Positions 33,126 to 41,750 of a stretch of 42,757 nt of DNA are shown one piece after another. Position 1 is the stretch's first letter, and each line of letters begins with the position of its first letter. This DNA is from an uncultured Clostridia bacterium. Its GTDB lineage: Bacteria; Acidobacteriota; Aminicenantia; UBA2199. A program made the translations under genes and the position numbers. The notes beneath the pieces are model-generated. The model worked only from the letters and a program-made list of their open reading frames with translations, searched no databases and was not told where the DNA came from. The stretch covers positions 1 through 42,757 of the forward strand of contig CAZOWT010000002.1 in NCBI GenBank assembly GCA_964583345.1, written 5' to 3'.

Positions 33126-34199
33126 ATGAAGCCGGATAAACTGGTGCTGATGGTCAGCGAGGACTGCAATTTCCACTGCCATTACTGCTACCATACCCCA
33201 CAAAAAAAAGAGATGAGCCGCGAAACCGCGGAAGAAGCCCTGGATTTTTTTCTCCCCCGCATGCCGGACCCGGCCGGTCTCTATTTCCTGGGCGGCGAGC
33301 CCCTGCTCAACGCCGGCCTCATTAAAGCGGTAATCGAAAATGTTGATAACCGGACGGCTTCAAAAAGAAAGACTTGCCGGTACCATATCAGCACCAACGG
33401 CAGCCTGATCGATGAAGACATATTGGAATTCTTCAGTGATCACCGGTTCACGGTGGAATTAAGCTTCGATAGCCTGGTCCAGGATGTGGGGCGTAAAAAA
33501 GGAAGTTTTCAGCCCCTGGTCGGAATCCTGGGCCAATTAAATAAGTCAAGGGGTATTAGCTTGATGGTCAACACTGTCTTCTATCCCCCGACTGTCCGAT
33601 ACCTGTCCGAATCCCTCCGGTTCCTGCTGGACCTGGAAGTTCCGCACCTTTCCCTGGGTCTGGAACTGGACCAACCCTGGGAAAGTTCAGCCATCGATAC
33701 CTTCGAGTACGAATTACATCAGCTTATGGAATCATTGATAGATCACGTCATGAAAACCGGAAACCAGCCCCTGCATTTTTTCCCGGACCTGGATGCCCAT
33801 GGAATCTGGGGATGCTCGGCCGGCCAGAACCAGCTTACGGTAACCGCGGACGGCGAAATCTGGGGCTGTGTCCTGTTTCACGAGTATTTTAAACGAAAAA
33901 GAGATAGATCCTGGTACCGGGATTACTGTTTCGGAACCCTGGATGAATTCATCCGGAACCACAAAAAAATTTATCCTGAAATCATGGATAACTACAAACA
34001 GTTGAGCCAGGACAATTTTCATACCGAAAATTCCCGGTGCTTTCGATGCCCGGAGATAGAGAAATGCGGGGTATGCCCGGTCTCCTCGGCATTCTGCCTG
34101 GGTGACCCGGAACAGGTTCCCGGCCACATCTGCCGCATCAACCGCATCGCCATCCGGGAGCAACAAAAATTTCTCCGCCGGCTGGAAAAAATTGAATAG
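33126..34199 (+). CDS. Radical SAM protein with C-terminal SPASM domain (peptide/protein-modifying maturase type, 357 aa)
   Basis: CNFHCHYC (CX3CX2C) lies at residues 14-21, with GGEPLL downstream. The C-terminal half has CSAGQNQLTVTADGEIWGC (CX12GX4C), then CFRCPEIEKCGVC (CX2CX5CX2C) plus further Cys. This is the SPASM auxiliary Fe-S cluster pattern. Confidence 0.9.
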   Translation: MKPDKLVLMVSEDCNFHCHYCYHTPQKKEMSRETAEEALDFFLPRMPDPAGLYFLGGEPLLNAGLIKAVIENVDNRTASKRKTCRYHISTNGSLIDEDILEFFSDHRFTVELSFDSLVQDVGRKKGSFQPLVGILGQLNKSRGISLMVNTVFYPPTVRYLSESLRFLLDLEVPHLSLGLELDQPWESSAIDTFEYELHQLMESLIDHVMKTGNQPLHFFPDLDAHGIWGCSAGQNQLTVTADGEIWGCVLFHEYFKRKRDRSWYRDYCFGTLDEFIRNHKKIYPEIMDNYKQLSQDNFHTENSRCFRCPEIEKCGVCPVSSAFCLGDPEQVPGHICRINRIAIREQQKFLRRLEKIE

Positions 34200-34208
34200 G
34201 ATGCGGGA

Positions 34209-37200
34209 TTAAAAGGACTGGCTTTTCAGCCGGGCCAGTTGTTTCCGGGCATCCTGCACCTCAGGCAATTCCTGATCCGCCTTTTCCCGGATTTTCAGGA
34301 ATTGCTCGTAATAGTCAATGGCCTTACCTTCCCAGCCCATCTGCTGGTAAATCTTCCCCAGTCGGTAAAAACTCCGGGCATAGATGTCACCGAAATACAG
34401 CCGTCCGGTGGTCAGGTTGGTGACCTTTTCGTAAAATTCGACAGCCTGCTCGGTGTTTCCATTTTTAAAAAAAGCCTCGGCCAGGCCGGCACATATGGGT
34501 GCATGAAAATCCCGGCCGAACTCAAAGCTGTGCTGATGGCACTGGTGTTCCAGGGCCTTGCGGAAAAATTTAATAGCCTTGTCTACTTGACCTTTTCCCA
34601 GCATCTCTCTTCCCTTAATATGATAAAAAAATTTGATCTGATCTGCCAAAAGGCTTTCATCGATTGATTTCTTCAATATTTCGTTCAGAGAAGCAGCAGT
34701 TTCATACTGATTCAACTGAAGATTGGCCAGGGCCTTGACATACCAGGCCAGCCGTTTGTGGGTATGAAAAGAATTGCCACCCTGATCATGCAGGGTGATG
34801 GCCCGTTCCGCCAGTTGAATGGCCAGCAGGGGTTCACCCAGTTTCAAATAAAAATTGGCCCAGATGACGGTTGCCATGACAAGGTCATCAATAAACTCTT
34901 TGTTGACATACAGGGACTCCAGTTTCTTCAGCAAACGCCGGCATTCCCGGAACCGGCCCTGCAAACAGTACAGATTAAGCAGCCGGGAATTGGCGATCAG
35001 GGCAGCTACCAAATTCTTATCATTTATTTTTTCCTGGTATTCGGCTTCCGCATTAATATAATCATTCTGGAATGTATAAACATCGGCAATCAATATTTTT
35101 TTCCTTGAATCCTGAGGATCCAGCGCAAGTGATTTCTTGAATTCCTCAAGTGCCAGATCATATTTTTTCTGGACCAGAAAGATACGGGCCCTGAATTCAG
35201 AAAAACGATAGTTATCAGGGTACCGCACCTGAACTTCATCAAGAACGTCCAGGGCATTTGCGTAATCTCCTCTGGCCATATAGGAATAGGAGCAATAAAG
35301 GCATCCATAGGGGGACAAGGTTCCATTCTTCCGGTTGGATTCAAATATTTTAATGGCCTCATCCCATCGTTCCAAGAATGAATAATTTAATCCCAGCTGC
35401 TCGGTTCCCTCATCGTCATCCGGGAATATTTCGATCAATTTTTTCAGGGAAACAATAGATTTCTGGAAAGTATCCTCCGATTCCCCGTAAAAAGTTCCCT
35501 CGATCAGGTAGCGTTCCCGCTCGGACACATGGTCCAGCAGTTCCATGGTTCTTCGAAAATATTTTCCCCGGTTTGTCCAGTCTCCGGCATAAGCATAGGC
35601 CCAGCCCATGGCCCAGTAGGCCATGGCAAAATTCGGGTCCAGTTCGATGGCCTTTTCAAAGAACCGAATCGCCTCCCGGTAATGGGTCAGGTTGATCTCA
35701 TGCTTACCTCCAATGTAGTGGCGGAAGGCTTCGGCAGAAGAGGTCGTAATCTTGGTGATTTCCCGGTCCATGTCGGCTGTCAGGTCCGGCTGGGTGATGT
35801 CGAATCGGGTCTTGACCATGGCGGTCAGCTGGTCCACGATGGAAAAGAAACTTCCCACACCTTGTCCGTCGGCATATCCGCTGTCCAGGAACTCCCCGCT
35901 TTTGGGATCGAGGATTTTGATGGCGACCCGGAACCGGTCGCCGGCCCGGGAAAAACTGCCGGAAATCAGGTAATCCACCTTTCCCCGTTCGGCGACCTTC
36001 ACGAACATGTCCGGCAACAGGGGCTGATCCTTTTTTTGCCCGAGTTCCCTCATGATTTGAAACAGGCGGTTTTCCGGCAAAATCCGGAAATAACGGGACT
36101 GGGCCAGGTCGGTGATCAGCAGGTCTGCCAGGGCAATGGTCCAGCTGTCCAGGCTTTTATCCCCGGTGTGGTTTTCGAAATACATCACCGCCAGTGAATG
36201 CCGGTTCTTTGAAACCGCCAGACTTCCCAATCTCTTTTCCCGCTCCTTTATCCAGGAAACCCCTAATGCCACCAGCAGGAGCAGCAGGACCACCCCGGAA
36301 ACCGCCAGTGCCCGCCGAACCACGGGGCGCCGGAAAAACGGACCGCTGGCCATTTCCTCGGCGGTAAAATCCCTCAAAAGGCTCTGGATATCGCCATAGC
36401 GCCGGGCCGGATTCTTTTCCAGGCATTTCAGGATGATCCGGCTGAAAAACGGGGGAATTGACGGATTTATTGTCAAAGGGGATCCCGGTTTCTTATTGAT
36501 ATGCTGGGTGATATAACCGAGAACGGTTTCCGAGGTGAAGGGGAGTTTGCCCGTGACCATTTCATACATGATCACCCCCAGGGAATACAGGTCTGAACGG
36601 CCGTCCACTTTTTCTCCCCTGGCCTGTTCCGGGGAAATATATTCCGGGGTTCCCACCACCATGTCCGGCAGGCTGATGCCCTCTCCCTCGATCGATTTGG
36701 CCAGGCCGAAATCCATGACAACCACATTCCCCTTCCGGTCGACCATGATGTTTTGCGGCTTCAAGTCCCGGTGCACCACCCCTTTCTTATGGGCGGCCTG
36801 CAACCCGCTGCAGATCTGCCGGGAGATATCAAGGGCCTTTTTCAGGCTCAGGGCGCCTTTTTTCCGGATCAGGTCCTTCAGGTTTTCCCCCTCGACAAAC
36901 TGCATGGATATGAATTTAATCCCTTTCTCCTGGCCGAAATCATGAATGCGGATCACGTTTTCGTGGGAAATTTCCCGGGCCAGGATAATTTCTTTCTTGA
37001 ACCGTTGCAGGGCCTGCTTGTCGGTCAAATGCTGGGGGTGAATGATCTTCAGGGCCACCACGATGCCCAGTTCCCGGTCTCTGGCCCGGTATACCCTGCC
37101 CATACCCCCGCGGTCGATTTCCTGCAGGATTTCATAACGCTTGCCGAACTTTTCTCCCGGAGACAGCCGGAATTCGGACGAATCCAGAAGCGACCGGGGG

Positions 37201-37304
37201 ATTTTTTCGGTCCGGGATTTTTTTCGGGCGGCCATCGAAGAACCGCAGCGGCTGCAGAAACTGCTGCCGCTGGCGTTGTGAAATCCGCAGGCCGGGCACT
37301 TCAT
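34209..37304 (-). CDS. Ser/Thr protein kinase: N-terminal zinc ribbon, Hanks kinase, TM helix, TolB_N-like module and TPR array (1031 aa)
   Basis: AGGAGA SD. Zn ribbon MKCPACGFHNASGSSFCSRCG. Kinase motifs VALK, HRDLKPQN, DFG and GTPEYISPEQ. TM helix VSGVVLLLLLVALGVSWI. SLAVMYFENHTGD...ALADLLITDL is a TolB_N-like pattern. About 500 aa of TPR-like repeats follow. Confidence 0.92.
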   Translation of the reverse strand: MKCPACGFHNASGSSFCSRCGSSMAARKKSRTEKIPRSLLDSSEFRLSPGEKFGKRYEILQEIDRGGMGRVYRARDRELGIVVALKIIHPQHLTDKQALQRFKKEIILAREISHENVIRIHDFGQEKGIKFISMQFVEGENLKDLIRKKGALSLKKALDISRQICSGLQAAHKKGVVHRDLKPQNIMVDRKGNVVVMDFGLAKSIEGEGISLPDMVVGTPEYISPEQARGEKVDGRSDLYSLGVIMYEMVTGKLPFTSETVLGYITQHINKKPGSPLTINPSIPPFFSRIILKCLEKNPARRYGDIQSLLRDFTAEEMASGPFFRRPVVRRALAVSGVVLLLLLVALGVSWIKEREKRLGSLAVSKNRHSLAVMYFENHTGDKSLDSWTIALADLLITDLAQSRYFRILPENRLFQIMRELGQKKDQPLLPDMFVKVAERGKVDYLISGSFSRAGDRFRVAIKILDPKSGEFLDSGYADGQGVGSFFSIVDQLTAMVKTRFDITQPDLTADMDREITKITTSSAEAFRHYIGGKHEINLTHYREAIRFFEKAIELDPNFAMAYWAMGWAYAYAGDWTNRGKYFRRTMELLDHVSERERYLIEGTFYGESEDTFQKSIVSLKKLIEIFPDDDEGTEQLGLNYSFLERWDEAIKIFESNRKNGTLSPYGCLYCSYSYMARGDYANALDVLDEVQVRYPDNYRFSEFRARIFLVQKKYDLALEEFKKSLALDPQDSRKKILIADVYTFQNDYINAEAEYQEKINDKNLVAALIANSRLLNLYCLQGRFRECRRLLKKLESLYVNKEFIDDLVMATVIWANFYLKLGEPLLAIQLAERAITLHDQGGNSFHTHKRLAWYVKALANLQLNQYETAASLNEILKKSIDESLLADQIKFFYHIKGREMLGKGQVDKAIKFFRKALEHQCHQHSFEFGRDFHAPICAGLAEAFFKNGNTEQAVEFYEKVTNLTTGRLYFGDIYARSFYRLGKIYQQMGWEGKAIDYYEQFLKIREKADQELPEVQDARKQLARLKSQSF

Positions 37305-37395
37305 GATCTAATATCTCCTAAACTCATCGGCAAAGATAAAAATAGCAGTTTCAAAGGAAATAATCAATATCCGGACGCTTTTTCAATCCCGGCCT

Positions 37396-37420
37396 CCAAA
37401 AAACCGGAATCAATCCGGTT
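37396..37420 (-). terminator. Putative intrinsic terminator after xseB (overlaps its stop codon)
   Basis: Minus sense reads AACCGGA-TTGAT-TCCGGTT (37420-37402), followed by a T-run (37401-37398). Confidence 0.45.
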
Positions 37421-37679
37421 CCACCAGCCGGTCGTCTTCATTGAGGGGATGTTCACTCTCTTCATCGGAATTTTCCATCAACCGGGAAAATTCCTTTTCC
37501 AGCTTCTTGAACTCTCCACGCTGCTTTTTCAGAATTTCCATGCAGGACCGGGCCGCATCCAGGGCCTCCTTGGTCCTGCTAACCAGGTCATCGATACCGA
37601 TCTCGTCCTTGTTCAGGGATTCGGTAATTTTTTCCAGTATGGCAAAATTTTTCTCATAGGTTCCGGATTTATCGCTCAT
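37410..37679 (-). CDS. xseB: Exodeoxyribonuclease VII small subunit (89 aa)
   Basis: FEKNFAILEKITESLNKDEIGIDDLVSRTKEALDAARSCMEILK is the XseB helical-hairpin pattern. The start overlaps the xseA stop (ATGA). Confidence 0.9.
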   Translation of the reverse strand: MSDKSGTYEKNFAILEKITESLNKDEIGIDDLVSRTKEALDAARSCMEILKKQRGEFKKLEKEFSRLMENSDEESEHPLNEDDRLVEPD

Positions 37680-39439
37680 GTTTCCTCCTTTCGAATGATA
37701 TCAATGATACCATCCTGAAACTTCAACCGGGCCTGCCTGGCAGACTGAAAACGTTTCAGGGTGGGAATCACCCGGTTCTGTTTATCCAGGGTCAGCGTGA
37801 ATCCCTTTTTTAAAATTCGGTCGGGATCGCTGGCCCTGGCCAGGTTTAGCCGGGTAACCAGATTGTTTTCCACAGCCATTATATATTTCCTTCCCCGCTC
37901 AACCGTGGTCCTGGCCAGATTCAGGGTATTGCCTTCGACGATGCGGTTTTCCCGGGCCAGCTTTTTCGTATCCAGGCGGGAAATGATTTTGCCCAGCTGC
38001 CTGCTCTCTCTCCGGTTGATCAGCGCCATCCGTTCCGGCAGCAGGGCCATGATGCGGAAGACATCCTGCCGGAAAGACCGGCGAATGATCCCTCGCATTT
38101 TCTCCAGGAAATGCACCTGGTTCAGAATTTCACTCTCCTGGTTCTTTACCAAAAACGAGGCGCTTTGCCCGAACTGGCGGATGCGGGCGAAAAACTGCTC
38201 GTTACGGAATTTCAGGAACCGGCCGGCCTGGGACGGTATCAACTGCAGGAAGGCGGCCAGCTTTTCATTTTCCCGGCTGCGCATCAGCCGGGAAACCTGG
38301 ACCAAACGCCTGACCGTATCCCCCAGCCGGGTTTGAAGGTTGACAAAACGGTCCTGGAGGTACTTGCCCATGCCCGAAGGGGTGGAAGGTGTGGGGGTAA
38401 AAAAAGAGCAGATTTCGGCTGCCGAAAGGTCCTTTTCATGGCCGATGGCCGTCAACACCGGAATCCGGCACCGGCATATCCGGCGGCACAGGCCAAAGTC
38501 ATTGAAAACCGCCAGGGACTGCTCGCTGCCGCCGCCACGGGTGATGACGATGGCATCCAGGGGAACATCCAGGCGCGTTTCCAGCCTGTCAATTGAATCC
38601 AGGATGCTGTGCACGGCTGCCGAACCTTCCATCCGGGTATCCAGAAAATAAAAAAAATATCGGTTTTGATACGGGCCCAGACCGGCCAGGACATCCTGGA
38701 CCGAGGTGCCCAGTTCGGAGGTAATCAGCCCTAAGCGGGTTATTATGGCCGGAAGTTTCAGTTTTTTCTGGTTTTCCAGGATTCCCTCGGCCATCAGTTT
38801 TTCAACCGTAATATCCCGCTGGCTTCTGATTCTGGCCTGGGTATATTCGGGCAGGATATCCCGGACCTTTAATCGGATGTCCACCACATTCCGGGTTGAC
38901 AGCCGAATCTCAACCTGGCAAAATACCGGCAAATCCCTGGAAATGGTTTCAGCCACACCCAGATCGCCGAGTTTTTTATTGACCGCCAGCAGATTATTCT
39001 TCTGGATTTCGGCCCGGAAAAAGACATCACTCTGCTCATCTTCATCCTTCAGGTCAAAATAGGACGCCCATTCATACGATTTGACCTCCGAAGCAATCAC
39101 CCCGCGTACCCACAGGCTGCCTCCTATCCCGTTCCGGATCAGCCCGTCGATGCGGTTCCGCAATTCAATCACCGAATAGGACTCGGGAAAGGCGGATAAA
39201 TCCGTGAGTTTCCCCGGCCGTGGCAATGGGGCCGGAGTACGGAGGTTGTTTTTCAGAACCTCCAGTTCATCCTCGATATTCGAAGGGGTAACGAACCAGC
39301 TCTTGTCAGCCGGGTCCCAGCGGTACCCGCGCAGCTTCAGGTCATCTTTCACCGGAAAGGCGTTGTAAACATGGATGCTGCTGTCATCAAAACCGACATT
39401 CAGTTCCCGGCCGTTAATGGTAACCTTGATCCAGTTCAT
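37676..39439 (-). CDS. xseA: Exodeoxyribonuclease VII large subunit with an extra ~90-aa N-terminal module (~587 aa)
   Basis: OB-fold start SVIELRNRIDGLIRNGIGGSLWVRGVIASEV, then ITRLGLITSELGTSVQDVL, IVITRGGGSEQSLAVFND, AIGHEKDLS and a long helical tail. The track start at 39499 is TTG. The ATG at 39439 (MNWIKVTINGREL) is preceded by AGGGA. Confidence 0.88.
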   Translation of the reverse strand: MNWIKVTINGRELNVGFDDSSIHVYNAFPVKDDLKLRGYRWDPADKSWFVTPSNIEDELEVLKNNLRTPAPLPRPGKLTDLSAFPESYSVIELRNRIDGLIRNGIGGSLWVRGVIASEVKSYEWASYFDLKDEDEQSDVFFRAEIQKNNLLAVNKKLGDLGVAETISRDLPVFCQVEIRLSTRNVVDIRLKVRDILPEYTQARIRSQRDITVEKLMAEGILENQKKLKLPAIITRLGLITSELGTSVQDVLAGLGPYQNRYFFYFLDTRMEGSAAVHSILDSIDRLETRLDVPLDAIVITRGGGSEQSLAVFNDFGLCRRICRCRIPVLTAIGHEKDLSAAEICSFFTPTPSTPSGMGKYLQDRFVNLQTRLGDTVRRLVQVSRLMRSRENEKLAAFLQLIPSQAGRFLKFRNEQFFARIRQFGQSASFLVKNQESEILNQVHFLEKMRGIIRRSFRQDVFRIMALLPERMALINRRESRQLGKIISRLDTKKLARENRIVEGNTLNLARTTVERGRKYIMAVENNLVTRLNLARASDPDRILKKGFTLTLDKQNRVIPTLKRFQSARQARLKFQDGIIDIIRKEET

Positions 39440-39539
39440 TGATTTCCCTGAGAAAAACATACCATCATGAACAGGAAAAATCAATGCGTCAGCCGGCAAC
39501 CATAATATTAAAATATTGAATTGAAGTTTTTTTTATTCT

Positions 39540-40916
39540 ATGTTAAAGTTATTCATGCGACAGGCAGCATTAGACAGACTTCTCCGCTATTCCAAACAAT
39601 TTATCAAACTCAGAACCCTGGGCCATTTGTGGAATGCCCTGAAGAAAATCCATTACGCCGATGTGGCGACCCTGATCGAACATCTCAATCCCCAGGAAAG
39701 GCAGATCATTATCAAACTTTTTTTCGAAAGAAAGATGGAGATGGGCCAGCTGGCTGAAATCGTCAGCGAAATCAGGCCGGAAATTGCCGTGGAAATCCTC
39801 TCCGCCCTGGAGATCCCGCAAACCACGGCCATACTCGAAGAGCTTTCGTCCGATGATGCCGCTTCCCTGATTTCCCTTTTTGATGAAGAGCTGAGAACCG
39901 AAATCCTCAAAAAGATGAAGAAAGAGGATTCGGTCTTTATCCAGGAACAACTGGCTTACCCGGAGGAATCTGCCGGAAGAATCATGTCCACCGATTTCCT
40001 GGCCCTGGAGGCATCCACCACCGCCGGAGACGCTATTTCCGCCATCCAGCTGGCCGGCGAAGAGGTGGAAGTCCCCTTTTACCTGTATGTCACCGATGAG
40101 GAACAGAGGCTGAAAGGGGTGGTCTCACTCAAACAGGTCATTCTGGTCAATCCCAAACTCCAGCTCAAGGACATCATGAATACCGAGGTTTACAAGGTGG
40201 ATGCCTATACCGACCAGGAAGAGGTTGCCTCGGTGGTGGCCAATTACAATTTGCTGGCCATCCCGGTGGTTGATGAAACCGATAAACTGGTTGGAGTGGT
40301 CACGGTTGACGATGTTATCGATATTATCCATGAAGAAGCTACCGAAGATATTTACAAATTGGCGGGCATGACCCAGGATTACAGCGTGGATCTGGGCGTA
40401 TTTGAACGGCTGAAGAAACGAATCCCCTGGCTGCTGATGAGCCTGCTGACCACCTCGCTGTCCGGCGTGGTGGTAGCGGTTTTCAAGGGAACCATCGAAC
40501 AGTTTATCACCCTGGCTATACTGATGCACATCGTGCCGGCCATCGGGGGAGTACTGGGCAACCAAACCGTGGCCATCATGGTGAGGGAAATCGTGCTGGG
40601 CAACCTGGACTGGAAACGCTCGCGAAAAATCCTGGCCAAGGAAATGGCGGTAGGCCTGGGCTCGGGAATCGCCATCGGACTCATTTCATCGGTCATATCT
40701 GCTATTATTTTCAAAAACTGGGTGGTGGGCCTGGTATTCGGCGGAGCCATCGTTTTTAATTTTTTCAATGCCGCCCTGATGGGAATCATCGTTCCCATGG
40801 TCCTCCGCCGCTTCAGACTGGATCCTGCCCTGGCCTCAGGAATGATTGTCACCCTGCTTACCGATGTTTTCGGCCTTTTCGTCTTTCTCGGTATGGCCAC
40901 CCTGTTCCTGGTATAG
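39540..40916 (+). CDS. mgtE: Magnesium transporter MgtE (458 aa)
   Basis: MgtE_N helical domain, tandem CBS domains (IMSTDFLAL...LLAIPVVDETDKLVGVVTVDDVIDII) and a C-terminal 5-TM domain (...LTDVFGLFVFLGMATLFL). Confidence 0.93.
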   Translation: MLKLFMRQAALDRLLRYSKQFIKLRTLGHLWNALKKIHYADVATLIEHLNPQERQIIIKLFFERKMEMGQLAEIVSEIRPEIAVEILSALEIPQTTAILEELSSDDAASLISLFDEELRTEILKKMKKEDSVFIQEQLAYPEESAGRIMSTDFLALEASTTAGDAISAIQLAGEEVEVPFYLYVTDEEQRLKGVVSLKQVILVNPKLQLKDIMNTEVYKVDAYTDQEEVASVVANYNLLAIPVVDETDKLVGVVTVDDVIDIIHEEATEDIYKLAGMTQDYSVDLGVFERLKKRIPWLLMSLLTTSLSGVVVAVFKGTIEQFITLAILMHIVPAIGGVLGNQTVAIMVREIVLGNLDWKRSRKILAKEMAVGLGSGIAIGLISSVISAIIFKNWVVGLVFGGAIVFNFFNAALMGIIVPMVLRRFRLDPALASGMIVTLLTDVFGLFVFLGMATLFLV

Positions 40917-40924
40917 TTTCTGGG

Positions 40925-41662
40925 ATGCCCTTATTATCAACTCAGGCCTTTGTTCTCGACTACACCCCTATCAATGAACAGGATAAACTGGTTCACCTGC
41001 TGAGCCTGGAAAGCGGAATTTTAAAAGCGGTTGCCCCCGGCGCCCTGAAATCGAAAAACCGTTTCGGTTCCATGCTGGAGATGTTTACCCTGGCAAATTT
41101 TTTCTATTACCAAAAAGACGAAAAAGAGATGGTGACGCTGTCAAAAGGCGATATCCTAACCAGTTTTTTCAATACTGTCTCACGGCCGGAGAATATTTTT
41201 ACCTTTTACCTGATGGCAGAAATCCTGCTTAAAATCATACCCGCCAACCAGCGGGATAAAAGAATCTTCCGGCTGGTCCATTCCCTGCTGAAAGCCGGCC
41301 AATCCGGCAGGGATATGGAAACATTGCTGCTCTACTTCCAGGTGTGGATTCTTAAAATAGAAGGTTTGATGTTCAATCCCGGTATTTGTTACAACTGCTT
41401 CAGGAAAAATATAAAGAATGCCTGGCTGAAAACCGATTTCAGAGGCATTCTATGTTCCCGCTGCCGGGGAAATGAAAGTTTTCATCTTAGCGAACCCGAA
41501 CTGGGTTATATCGATTGGATGGCATCCAATCCGCCGGATTCAACCTATCCCTATTCGGCCGATATCCGGATCCGGAAAATGAACCGGATATTCCTCAAAA
41601 AAATCGAATACCACGCCGAATGTTCATTCAAATCAAAGCAATACCTGCCAGGCTTTTTCTGA
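40925..41662 (+). CDS. recO: DNA repair protein RecO (245 aa)
   Basis: The N-terminal OB-fold pattern is STQAFVLDYTPINEQDKLVHLLSLESGILKAVAPGALKSKNRF. The zinc-finger-type Cys pairs are CYNC...CSRC. Confidence 0.88.
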   Translation: MPLLSTQAFVLDYTPINEQDKLVHLLSLESGILKAVAPGALKSKNRFGSMLEMFTLANFFYYQKDEKEMVTLSKGDILTSFFNTVSRPENIFTFYLMAEILLKIIPANQRDKRIFRLVHSLLKAGQSGRDMETLLLYFQVWILKIEGLMFNPGICYNCFRKNIKNAWLKTDFRGILCSRCRGNESFHLSEPELGYIDWMASNPPDSTYPYSADIRIRKMNRIFLKKIEYHAECSFKSKQYLPGFF

Positions 41663-41698
41663 CATTTTTTCCCGGACCCGTATTCCATTCCATCCGGG

Positions 41699-41729
41699 CA
41701 GTGATGCTGCTTGAAATCACTGTTTTTTT
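41699..41729 (+). terminator. Rho-independent terminator after recO
   Basis: CAGTGAT (41699-41705), a 10-nt loop, ATCACTG (41716-41722), then TTTTTTT (41723-41729). Confidence 0.65.
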
Positions 41730-41750
41730 AAAAAACCGCAATAATCGTTA

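Noticed and set aside
36753-37718. 321-aa plus-strand ORF spanning the kinase 5' end, the intergenic region and xseB
   Set aside because: It runs antisense through two well-supported genes and a terminator/promoter region. It has no motif and an alternative start codon.
39500-39539. M-box riboswitch upstream of mgtE (and a preQ1 riboswitch upstream of queA at 7007-7106)
   Set aside because: The mgtE leader is only ~40 nt, far too short for an M-box. The queA upstream region shows no preQ1-type hairpin or A-rich tail motif.
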